This document shows, piece after piece, positions 27,511-35,579 of a stretch of DNA of 35,579 nucleotides. The DNA is taken from sequence record SRR22947727_4848. One strand, given 5' to 3'. The notes below the pieces were generated by a model that was given only the letters and a program-made list of their open reading frames with translations, did not search any database and was not told the DNA's origin. How positions within the stretch are numbered: the first letter of the stretch is position 1; every line of letters starts with the position of its first letter. A program made the translations under genes and the position numbers.

Positions 27511-27708
27511 TTAATGACTTGAAAAAAGTTGTTTTTTGCACGTATCGAGTGTGATTGTGTATCTTACATTCTGCTTGTCGTCTACAACTCTGTAAATCTT
27601 TCCCGTAGCCATACATTTTGTCCGAGCATCTACAAATGCTTTGAACTCTGTCTTTCTGGTTACTTCAGGTGTCCAGTTTTCATCGGACAGGTGTTCAATC
27701 GTGTACAT
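27511..27708 (-). CDS. small hypothetical protein (65 aa)
   Basis: MYTIEHLSDENWTPEVTRKTEFKAFVDAR...; paralog of 22730..22936. Confidence 0.7.
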   Translation of the reverse strand: MYTIEHLSDENWTPEVTRKTEFKAFVDARTKCMATGKIYRVVDDKQNVRYTITLDTCKKQLFSSH

Positions 27709-28864
27709 CAAGATCTAAGCGTTATAGATATGCTGGCCTCTAATGGGATAAAAGTGTGGAATCTACTGATTAACCTTGGGATCACAAAGGCATTTTTAAT
27801 TGTTCCAACGTGTTTCTGTATTTTTTATTTAATTTCGATTTGATCTCCATGCGCTTATGCCAAGAGTTTGAACGGCTTTCTGAACACTGGTGATCTAATT
27901 ATTTTGGACTTTCTATTGGCTCCAGGCACCTGGTTTGGCGATCAAAGGCTTGTGCCTGACTCATTTTGTTGAGCAGCTTATGGATGTCATGGGTGGAGAG
28001 TTCTCCATTCGAAGCCCACTTCATTGATGACAATTCGTATTTTTGAAGAGGGGCTGGCATCGACCATTTGATTAGGTATTTGAGCTTACGTTGAATCTTG
28101 AAATCAGAACAGGCTCATCCTTTGTTTTGCCCTTCAGAAATTCTGTAATTCGTTGTTAGCTCATGCGTTCTCTCCTTGCTCGTCGGTCTGGTGGTGGGGG
28201 TTGTTGAGTGCAGCGTGACCCTGTATCGCCTGGGCATTGCGCATCGGCAGCTCGGGGGAGCATGATGAAGAAAATATGTAGTTTTCCGCCGTGAACCATG
28301 GACCCTGCTGCCCCATTCATCAATCCACTCTCGATTCACCTGACTATTGGACAGATCCAGCCTTGATGTCATCGGCTACGCCTGCCTCTTCCACGGAATG
28401 GCGTCGTTGGGACATTGAGAGTCGCAGTCGCCACGCCAAGTGGGCAACTCGTCATGGCCAATGACAGACGATACTCAGTTGTTTTATGCGCGGCTTGATG
28501 AAGCCCTGCGCATGTTCTTTCTATGTTTCATTGAAATTGTTAGCGAAATTGCTTGATTTTTAAGATTAATACGCTTAGATGTCCTTGTTGCTGTATACAT
28601 TTGCTTGTTAAATGTTCATTTTAAGTAACTCTTTATTGGCTTTGTGGAATGACTGATGTTTTCTCTGAGCGGTTAGTCTCTTCTGATGTATTCCTTTCAG
28701 TTTTGTTTCTTCAGTCTTTCCATTGATCTTTCGTGGGTTTCTTGATGAACCTGAACGCTCTTTGCAGAGATGCGTCATCGTTTTAGGTTGATGACCTAAC
28801 TGGCTCAGACTGGTCAACTGCTGCAGTCGGTAAGGCAGACTGGGCTTAGGTCAAGGATTCAATC

Positions 28865-29059
28865 ATGGCAACAGCAGAAGAGAAGCGCACCATTACGAAG
28901 AAGCGCCTACAGGAACTGCGCAATATGTGTCGTGAGCACTACAACGTGCTCATTGAGGAGGGCACCATGCCTGATGCAGCAGATGTTCGCGTGACCAACC
29001 AAAAGCTTGAGGAACTCATGGAACTCCTTGATGGCAAAATTAAATGGGATAACGCCTGA
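28865..29059 (+). CDS. small helical hypothetical protein (64 aa)
   Basis: AAGGA RBS; GC-richer coding island within AT-rich flanks; helical-hairpin pattern. Confidence 0.75.
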   Translation: MATAEEKRTITKKRLQELRNMCREHYNVLIEEGTMPDAADVRVTNQKLEELMELLDGKIKWDNA

Positions 29060-29563
29060 TTTGATTGTTTGGCACGACAGGGATTGGCATCATCAACTTC
29101 CTTAGTCGTAACCAAGCATCAGACCTTTAAGTGTTTGACTTGGTTTGTTTGATGGGACTCTATACGTTGTGGTTTTTGATTGTCTGGCTGCTTGAGTAAG
29201 CCATTGTTGAATTTTTCAATACTCTTTCAATAAAACCTGAGGCTACCTGAGCCTTCGTCTTTTTCTAGTAATAATCTTTCTTCTATGTCTTCTGCATCCC
29301 AGGGATGAGCCGAATTTTTCTCAACCTTGTTTGATGCTGAAATGATGGCCTGGGTTGAGTTCAAGCATTGTTGAATGGGCTTCCCCGTTCAAGTTAATTC
29401 TATGCATTCATTTGATTTTCTTTTGTGAATTTGATGCTCGACTCTTGTCTATCCAGCTTGTGTTAGCCACTCCAATGACGTTCTGGCTTGAGTGTTGTGT
29501 GCTCACAGCGAGCAGGAGGAACATAGAAGTCTTTGGATCCACCTGCTTCTGGTCTCAGCTTTC

Positions 29564-29794
29564 CTACCCATCCTCGTGCAATTGGGATAGAACCCTCGCG
29601 GCTAGACCTCGTGAAATCCTGCGTTCGATCAATAAGTTGCAAACCCAATTGAACAAGGGGGGGTTGGCTGGGTTCGAGGTCAGCCGACTTTGCAACAGCA
29701 TGAGCTCTTGCTTTGTTTTGATTCCTCGTAAGGCATCAATTAGCATGTCTTCGCCTGTTGTGGCTTGAATCGTGCGTTCAGCTGTGCTGGTCAT
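29564..29794 (-). CDS. conserved hypothetical protein
   Basis: LIDALRG...PPLFNWVCNLLIERRISRGLAARVL.QLH; alternative GTG start at 29827. Confidence 0.7.
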   Translation of the reverse strand: MTSTAERTIQATTGEDMLIDALRGIKTKQELMLLQSRLTSNPANPPLFNWVCNLLIERRISRGLAARVLSQLHEDG

Positions 29795-29982
29795 CTGCCA
29801 AAGGATTTCGTTCCTTTGTTCTGGCACGTCTTGCCTTCAATTTGCAAACCTGGTTTCTTTGCCCAATCAACTGCTGCATAGCTGTCGCTTTTCAACGGAG
29901 TCCCTACAGCTCCCTTCCCTTTGCCTTGCAACCCTTTTGGGATCTAGCTGACAGGCATTTCTTCTTGTTGATGCGCTTCTGT

Positions 29983-30210
29983 CTACTGGTCCGCAAGTTT
30001 TTCCAGGGAGTTAGCTGTTCGATACATCTGGTGTGAAGCCTGTGGGCTGATTCCGTCAATGGAACTCGCTGAATAGATGCTCCCGTCCCAGGCCAGATAT
30101 TGAATGCCTTTGTCCTCGCTCCACATCCAGCCGAGCACATTAATGAAAGCGCTGCCATCCCTGATGGCGTGGACGTTGGAGAAGGCTTGAAATTCACTAG
30201 GAATGTTCAT
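29983..30210 (-). CDS. hypothetical protein
   Basis: protein-like segment VLGWMWSEDKGIQYLAWDGSIY in a run of minus-strand genes; start uncertain. Confidence 0.5.
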   Translation of the reverse strand: MNIPSEFQAFSNVHAIRDGSAFINVLGWMWSEDKGIQYLAWDGSIYSASSIDGISPQASHQMYRTANSLEKLADQ

Positions 30211-30303
30211 TGCGATTCTGATTATTGGCATGCTCGTTGTTTGCAGTTTGGCAACGGATGTCTTGATGGACCACATCAGTTGCAAGCTGTCTTATCTCTT
30301 CCC

Positions 30304-30417
30304 TTATCGCTTTGCTGTCCATCGCAGCATGCTGATCCAGATTGCAAACAGGGTCCCAACGGGGATCACGATCACGAGGAGTTGACCGATCACCAATTGG
30401 CGTACTTCTGGATCCAT
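30304..30417 (-). CDS. single-TM microprotein (37 aa), not in ORF track
   Basis: MDPEVRQLVIGQLLVIVIPVGTLFAIWISMLRWTAKR; GAGGA RBS; 29 bp after the YccF stop. Confidence 0.6.
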   Translation of the reverse strand: MDPEVRQLVIGQLLVIVIPVGTLFAIWISMLRWTAKR

Positions 30418-30446
30418 TGTTTCAGTTCCTCTTGGTTAGCTGCTTG

Positions 30447-30860
30447 CTATTCGTCAGTGCGATGCGCTGGAACGATCGTCATTCCAATCGGAGCTATGGC
30501 AATGAGAGCGAGTTTGATGTGCTGAATTCCGAAAGGAATCCCAATAACGGTCACGAAACAGGCGAGTGCCGAGGTGAGATGGCCAATTGCAAGCCACCAT
30601 CCAGCCACTAAAAACCAAATTATGTTTCCGATCAGTCCTAATGGGCCGGTGCCTAGATCAACACGTCCGCTGAGGTCGCGTCGGCTTATGGCCTCAAAAC
30701 CAAAGGGCCACAGAGCAAATGTACCAATCACAAAACATGATCGGCTCCATGGCAATCCCACGATGCTGACGGCTGAGATCAGTCCCACCAGCCACCAGCC
30801 CAAGGCCATCGGCAGGCCTCCAAGGACGACCCAAAGAATATTGAGAATAGATTTGAGCAT
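30447..30860 (-). CDS. yccF: YccF domain membrane protein
   Basis: two repeats NILWVVLGG...IVGLPW...LWPFG and NIIWFLVAG...IGIPFG...APIG. Confidence 0.88.
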   Translation of the reverse strand: MLKSILNILWVVLGGLPMALGWWLVGLISAVSIVGLPWSRSCFVIGTFALWPFGFEAISRRDLSGRVDLGTGPLGLIGNIIWFLVAGWWLAIGHLTSALACFVTVIGIPFGIQHIKLALIAIAPIGMTIVPAHRTDE

Positions 30861-30870
30861 TCTCTCATTC

Positions 30871-31500
30871 TCACCAGATTCCGGGAATTAGATAAAAACT
30901 TTTTGATTTGTAATCTGAAAAGTCTTGATATTTAGATTTCATTGAAGATTCTTTATCTCGAATGCGTTGAATGTATAAAAAGAAGATCGAAAGTGGCACT
31001 AAAAAGGCCCACAATGAACCTGCTACCACGCTAAAGCTTAGGTAGCGCATTAAATCACCTGTATAGTTGACATGCCTTACCCCACTCCAGATTCCGGAGC
31101 GCACTAAGCCCACACCGCTTGTTTTTTCTGTTGTTTTTTGTATGTCGGCGGCGGTATTGATTAAGCTACCAAAGTAAAAAAGTGGAATAGCTGTTGCTGT
31201 GGCTGCGATTGATAACTTTGTTGGATTTGTAAAAGCCAAAAATGCTGGTAATGAATAAAAGATGCCCACGATGATGATTGCACCCATGAAACCGGCTGCA
31301 TCAACCTTTTCTGTGAAAATTTGCTTGCGGCGTTCTGGATATATTTTTTGTTCTAAGAGCCACCATAAGCAATAGCTGATGTGCATGCATGCGTAGAGGA
31401 TTTGCCTCTGCCCATTAATGCCAAAAAATAGAGATAAACCAATGATGACTGCAATCGTGATTACTTTTGCCCAGTTAATCGCTGTAAGTTGGGTTTGCAT
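30871..31500 (-). CDS. DUF1295 / ICMT-steroid reductase-like membrane protein
   Basis: ADIQK, GIWSGVRHVNYTGD and YK.....LIPGIW motifs. Confidence 0.8.
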   Translation of the reverse strand: MQTQLTAINWAKVITIAVIIGLSLFFGINGQRQILYACMHISYCLWWLLEQKIYPERRKQIFTEKVDAAGFMGAIIIVGIFYSLPAFLAFTNPTKLSIAATATAIPLFYFGSLINTAADIQKTTEKTSGVGLVRSGIWSGVRHVNYTGDLMRYLSFSVVAGSLWAFLVPLSIFFLYIQRIRDKESSMKSKYQDFSDYKSKSFYLIPGIW

Positions 31501-31578
31501 TATAGGCTATGGATTATTTTTTTAACAATTTGATTACAACTAGAGTTGTGCAGATTGCGAGTATCCACCAAATCCAAG

Positions 31579-31605
31579 TTGCGCTTGTTACGACTGCAAG
31601 CGCAA
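31579..31605 (-). terminator. hairpin, probable terminator of the DUF2973 gene
   Basis: TTGCGCTTG-N9-CAAGCGCAA, 9-bp stem. Confidence 0.45.
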
Positions 31606-31690
31606 TCCCCACAACCAAGAAGATTAAAAATTGATTGAGGGTCATGGGCTCTAAAGGTGGTTCTTCATTCTGAATGCAACCCGGCGCTCT

Positions 31691-31930
31691 TCAATCTGTG
31701 ATCGAAGCTTCCGGTTGATCCTGGCTTGGGAAACGGACAACCAGAAGGTCTTCACCTGTGATGGAGCCATTGGCGTCAAGAAGTTCAGGATGGGTGGTCA
31801 GCAAGCCTGTGCGGTCTGTGCGACGCGTTGATTTGGCTGGCCCAGAGCTCAAGCGCATCATTCGGAAAGCCTGAACTAACAGGAAGACAAAAACGGATCC
31901 ATAGACCAAGGGGAAAAGCGCAGAAAGCAT
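31691..31930 (-). CDS. DUF2973 family protein
   Basis: N-terminal TM helix, QAFRMM, and THPELLDANG....DLLVVRF. Confidence 0.85.
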   Translation of the reverse strand: MLSALFPLVYGSVFVFLLVQAFRMMRLSSGPAKSTRRTDRTGLLTTHPELLDANGSITGEDLLVVRFPSQDQPEASITD

Positions 31931-32048
31931 GACATAAAACCCTATTGTTACGAAACGTTAACGGGTTTCTTGCTGCTTCGCGTTTCTGAATCAGCTGGAA
32001 ACTGGAAGTTTCCTTGGTTTTGCCCTTGCTTTGAGTCAGCTTTGGGAC

Positions 32049-32282
32049 ATGACGATCTCTCTTCAATTGGCTGTGGCCCGATGCACCGCTCGCGGTTTGA
32101 TCAATGGAACGGCTGCTGCTGACTACAGCGAGGTCATCAGTCTCCACCGAATGATGCAGCTTGAAGGTGAAACGGTTCTTGCTGCTGGATTGTTGGCGCT
32201 GGCCCGCTCATTGAATCCAACTGGGGCCATGCGTGATGTTTCAGCCCATGCACGTCACCCGTTGGCTAAGCCACATGCTTGA
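32049..32282 (+). CDS. conserved hypothetical protein
   Basis: ATG at 32049; GC-normal coding region; divergent from the DUF2973 gene. Confidence 0.6.
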   Translation: MTISLQLAVARCTARGLINGTAAADYSEVISLHRMMQLEGETVLAAGLLALARSLNPTGAMRDVSAHARHPLAKPHA

Positions 32283-32341
32283 GCCTTCGGGCTACCTGGA
32301 CGTGGAGTGGTTCAGTCGCAGAACGGGTTTCAGACGAATGA

Positions 32342-33208
32342 TTACAGACGAGAAGCTGGATCGAACTGTGGTTTGAAACGGCTTGACGCAGTTTCTTGAT
32401 GTAGCAACCAGCTTTGGAGTTGGGTCACGCACGCATCGGTTGATTCATAGGGAAGAACGTTGCGCCCATCAATACTTGCGCTTACAGCATTCGGCAGCTG
32501 CTGCGCATAGGCGTGGATACGTTCTTGAGCATCATCCCAATTCTTGGAACGGCCGATACCGGTTGCCTTGAGCCCAAACAACAGCCAAATCGGTTGTTTG
32601 ATGTCTTGCCATTGCTTGGTCCAGTTGCGTCTCCAAAAACCAGCTAAAAAAGAAAATGTTGCCCAGCGTGTTGTCATATTGGCTGCTTCTTGTTCCAACG
32701 TGTCGAGCCATTCGGAGTCAACATCTTTGTGGTTGGCAAATAAATTATTGATTGAAAATGATTTTAAAAATGCACGGCGGCGTGCATAGCGGTAAAACAA
32801 AGAACCGATGGGTCCTTGAAACAGCAATCTCCAAAGCAGTTGAGATTGCATTTTTGGAAAAGGTTCCTCAAGAATGCGCCAACTTGGTGGGCTGATGGCG
32901 ACCAAGCCTGAGACGAGTTCCGGTGCGGTCTCGAGCACAGCTAAAGCGATTGGAAGAGAGGCGCCTTGCGAGACCAGAACCGCTGGGGCGTTGTTGTGTT
33001 CTTTCAGTAGATCGATGAGGTGTGCTGCCCAATCCTCAGGGGCAAGCTGTTGATTTGGATGCTCGCTCCCACCGCATCCGAGTAGGTCTGGAGCGAGCAG
33101 GGCTGTCGTGTTGTCAGAGGCTCGCCAACAGGTGATAAAACGATCCCAAAACCGACTGGATAAGCCAACGCCAATGGGATGGATGAGGAGCAAGCGTGCT
33201 GCCTTCAA
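32342..33208 (-). CDS. alpha/beta hydrolase fold protein (atypical catalytic motifs)
   Basis: LLIHPIGVGLS..FW, APDLLGCGGSEHP; TTG start overlaps the sodC stop. Confidence 0.82.
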   Translation of the reverse strand: MKAARLLLIHPIGVGLSSRFWDRFITCWRASDNTTALLAPDLLGCGGSEHPNQQLAPEDWAAHLIDLLKEHNNAPAVLVSQGASLPIALAVLETAPELVSGLVAISPPSWRILEEPFPKMQSQLLWRLLFQGPIGSLFYRYARRRAFLKSFSINNLFANHKDVDSEWLDTLEQEAANMTTRWATFSFLAGFWRRNWTKQWQDIKQPIWLLFGLKATGIGRSKNWDDAQERIHAYAQQLPNAVSASIDGRNVLPYESTDACVTQLQSWLLHQETASSRFKPQFDPASRL

Positions 33209-33732
33209 GACCCGACACCGCAGGCAATACGAGCACCGCCTCCGCCTAGGGGAGGCGTGTCGGTGTAAGTGTCCCCCCCTGCATGCACCACAAGGGCACG
33301 GCCACGCAGGTCAGAGGCCTTGAGCCTTGGTGCCACAACGCTTGTGGTGGTATTTCCATCTCGGTCCACCACTAATCGGCTGAGGTCACCGCGATGGCCA
33401 TTGCCGAAAGGTCCGAGATGGGTGTCTGTTTGGTCAGGATCCCAATGTCCGAGTGCTGCCAGACCGGCAATGGAGGCCCCTTCAGCGTTGGTTTGTGGAT
33501 CACACTGAGCTCCAGCATGCAAGTGGAACCCATGCTCGCCCTCGCTCAGGCCGCTGAGTTCAGGAATAATCACCAACCCTTGGTCTGTGTCTCGGGCACT
33601 GATCGTGCCAATGGATTCACCGATTCCCTCGGCGTTGATGCTGTTCATCGTGACTTCCATCGTGCTCGCTTGTACGGCTGAAGGCAGCAGCAATGCCAAG
33701 CACAAAGCTAGGAGCGCACCAAGTCGGTACAT
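33205..33732 (-). CDS. sodC: Cu/Zn superoxide dismutase with signal peptide
   Basis: HGFHLH, GHWDP, HLGP, GHRGDL, VVHAGGD, GGGGARIACG; all metal ligands and the Cys pair present. Confidence 0.95.
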   Translation of the reverse strand: MYRLGALLALCLALLLPSAVQASTMEVTMNSINAEGIGESIGTISARDTDQGLVIIPELSGLSEGEHGFHLHAGAQCDPQTNAEGASIAGLAALGHWDPDQTDTHLGPFGNGHRGDLSRLVVDRDGNTTTSVVAPRLKASDLRGRALVVHAGGDTYTDTPPLGGGGARIACGVGS

Positions 33733-33780
33733 GGGGTTTCTACGGATTCACTTATTTTGTCTGGATGATGGCTCTAACTG

Positions 33781-35004
33781 CTAGCGCGCTTGTGCATCAG
33801 CAAGGGAGCGGCCTTTCCAGGTCCAGCCCCTTCCCGTAAGGCTCTTCCAAACGGATGTGGGTGCGATCAGACCGATGATCATGCCGCCTACCCCCATGAG
33901 CCACCAATGGCGTAAAGGCACCGAAAAACGAGCACGGGTCCAGAGGCGAACGCTCAGCTGCATCAGGATTGCGATCAATCCGAGACCAGCATCACTAAGC
34001 CAAAGGATCTGATCCCGGCTGCTCAGACATGCCATCGTCAGGCTGGCTGGCAAAAGCAGCCATGGCAGCGTGAACATCAACAGCACCACTCCGCCAGCTC
34101 CAAGGGATTTGCTGATGCTGCGATCAAGACCGAGAAACCAGTTTTTGCTCCAGCCTTCCCAAAGAGCCTGGAGATTGGCGTACATCTGTAGGTCGACTGC
34201 ATCGATTCCAAGCACGTATCGCAAGCGAAATCCCGCCTCTTTAATCCGACGCGCTAGCGCGAGATCTTCTACAACCTCCCCGGCAAGGGCCCTGTGGCCG
34301 CCAATTGCGTTGTAGCTGTCCCTGCGGAACAACATGAAGGGTCCTGCGGCAAAGGCCACCGTTGAGGCAGGGTCGTTGGCTTCAAGGATCGGAAACCCAA
34401 GCCCTAACAAGCTCGCCATGATCGGTTGGACCATCCATTCGGCGAGACAGCCACAGGTCAGGCGTGGAGCCAGGCTGAATAAATCGGCGTTCTCGTTGAT
34501 GCTCTGATGGAGTGCGCGACGGATGGCATCGGGTGCCAGGGTCACATCTGCGTCGATGAACAGCACCCACTCGCTGTTGAACTGCTCCATCGCTTGACAG
34601 CAACCCCAGTTTTTTCCAACCCAGCGCTCTCCTTTTGGTCGAGGGCCAGCTTGGAGAACAGTTGCACCAGGTTGGTCAGCTCCAGCGACGGTATCGATCG
34701 CCTGTTCTGCAATCTTGACGGTGTTGTCGCTGGACTGATCATCGACAACGATGACCTCCCATCGAGAGCAAGGCCGTTCAGACATCAGGACGTGAGTCAG
34801 GCAACCCTCAATGTTTTGTTCCTCATCGAAGGCTGGGATTACAACGCTGAGACTGGTGTCCGTGATGTCCCGATCGTTGCTGTCCCAGAGCGTTGGAGCA
34901 GAGGCAAACACGCGTTGTAGGCCTAAAAGAAGGATGCTCAATCCAATCGCGGCCGCTAGAGCTGTGACTCCTGCAACCAAAGCCACAATCTGGAGCAGGT
35001 TCAA
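33781..35004 (-). CDS. family 2 glycosyltransferase, membrane-bound (carotenoid/hopanoid glycosyltransferase-like)
   Basis: VVIPAFDEE, VVDDQSSD, WVGKNW, LFIDAD, EDLALAR, LWEGWSKN, WKGR. Confidence 0.9.
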   Translation of the reverse strand: MNLLQIVALVAGVTALAAAIGLSILLLGLQRVFASAPTLWDSNDRDITDTSLSVVIPAFDEEQNIEGCLTHVLMSERPCSRWEVIVVDDQSSDNTVKIAEQAIDTVAGADQPGATVLQAGPRPKGERWVGKNWGCCQAMEQFNSEWVLFIDADVTLAPDAIRRALHQSINENADLFSLAPRLTCGCLAEWMVQPIMASLLGLGFPILEANDPASTVAFAAGPFMLFRRDSYNAIGGHRALAGEVVEDLALARRIKEAGFRLRYVLGIDAVDLQMYANLQALWEGWSKNWFLGLDRSISKSLGAGGVVLLMFTLPWLLLPASLTMACLSSRDQILWLSDAGLGLIAILMQLSVRLWTRARFSVPLRHWWLMGVGGMIIGLIAPTSVWKSLTGRGWTWKGRSLADAQAR

Positions 35005-35174
35005 GAGCTAGGCGGCGTCTTCTGACTACTTTGACCAACGCCTGCCTCGATGTTGTCTTTGCAGGTCGAGCAAAGCAGATGACCCTTGTGTTTCCAGTAG
35101 GTACGGGTGGAACGTTCGATCGTTTGCCTGCAGATCAAACACTGAAACATGGGGCTCATGATTTTCAATTCCAT
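35001..35174 (-). CDS. CxxC..CxxC microprotein (57 aa), not in ORF track
   Basis: MELKIMSPMFQCLICRQTIERSTRTYWKHKGHLLCSTCKDNIEAGVGQSSQKTPPSS; its stop overlaps the GT2 TTG start (TTGA). Confidence 0.65.
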   Translation of the reverse strand: MELKIMSPMFQCLICRQTIERSTRTYWKHKGHLLCSTCKDNIEAGVGQSSQKTPPSS

Positions 35175-35325
35175 CACGCTTCCCTCTTATCCCACGTGCC
35201 CGATCCACGTTTTGTTCATGCAGATGCGATTTGACGATGCCTCGCTCTTCATGTCTTCAGCGTCTTCTTTCGTCCCCAGTGCTCGTCCCACTGTTTGTTG
35301 TTTTGAGCGATGCGTGATTCGTTGC

Positions 35326-35553
35326 TTATCGACGTTTTCGTTCACGACGATTTTCTTTTCTCGTTCCCCCGTATTGATAACCAGGCTGGTGTTGCAGCTT
35401 GTTCCAGCAGCTGGGGCATGCAAATTGCCAGTTGGGTTGGCCTGTAATTTTTATTCTGTAGTGAATGGGCCCGTGACTGGAGCATTGATCACAAGCATGA
35501 GATTGGGATCGTTTGTGTTTGCCACGGGAGTGCCAATCCTTTAAAAACTTCAA
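35326..35553 (-). CDS. CxxC..CxxC small basic protein
   Basis: CDQC...YRI......WQFACPSCW......PGYQYGGTRK.NRR. Confidence 0.75.
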   Translation of the reverse strand: MKFLKDWHSRGKHKRSQSHACDQCSSHGPIHYRIKITGQPNWQFACPSCWNKLQHQPGYQYGGTRKENRRERKRR

Positions 35554-35579
35554 CTCTTCCTTTGTGGAGTCTCTCCCCA

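Noticed and set aside
27900-28860. Fragments of possible ORFs (28115..28372, 28608..28817)
   Set aside because: No motif, RBS or consistent frame that I could support
35026-35544. Track ORFs 35026..35208, 35149..35544 and 35187..35423
   Set aside because: They overlap the two four-Cys ORFs and have no recognisable features
1-35579. CRISPR array, tRNA/rRNA, IS element, integrase or prophage
   Set aside because: No regularly spaced repeats, cloverleafs or transposase/integrase motifs were seen by eye; a tRNAscan/Rfam/ISfinder run would confirm

Overview
Chromosomal window from a marine picocyanobacterium, most likely a phycobilisome-bearing Synechococcus. This is inferred from the ocp-crtW-frp operon, a marine-type short CP12, TIGR03894/DUF3136/DUF1830/DUF2973-like proteins and no obvious HIP1 enrichment. 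It reads as a mosaic accessory region enriched in light, redox and oxidative-stress genes: OCP/CrtW/FRP, HLIP, Cu/Zn SOD, GST, a peroxiredoxin-like protein, a DCC thioredoxin-like protein, DoxX and SRAP. These are interleaved with AT-rich tracts carrying many 37-90 aa ORFs, several below the ORF-track cutoff. I saw no rRNA, tRNA, CRISPR array, transposase or integrase. Best candidates for undescribed biology: (1) a module of a Cys-rich, apparently non-phosphorylatable NarL/LuxR-family regulator, CP12 and two DUF3136 paralogs, with three copies of a 7-2-7-type palindromic operator upstream of CP12 and the DUF3136 genes; (2) an unannotated 52-aa NblA-like ORF; (3) two CxxC..CxxC microproteins heading a GT2-sodC-pseudo-hydrolase run; (4) two hidden families of paralogous microproteins. 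All family assignments come from motif recognition by eye, not from database searches.
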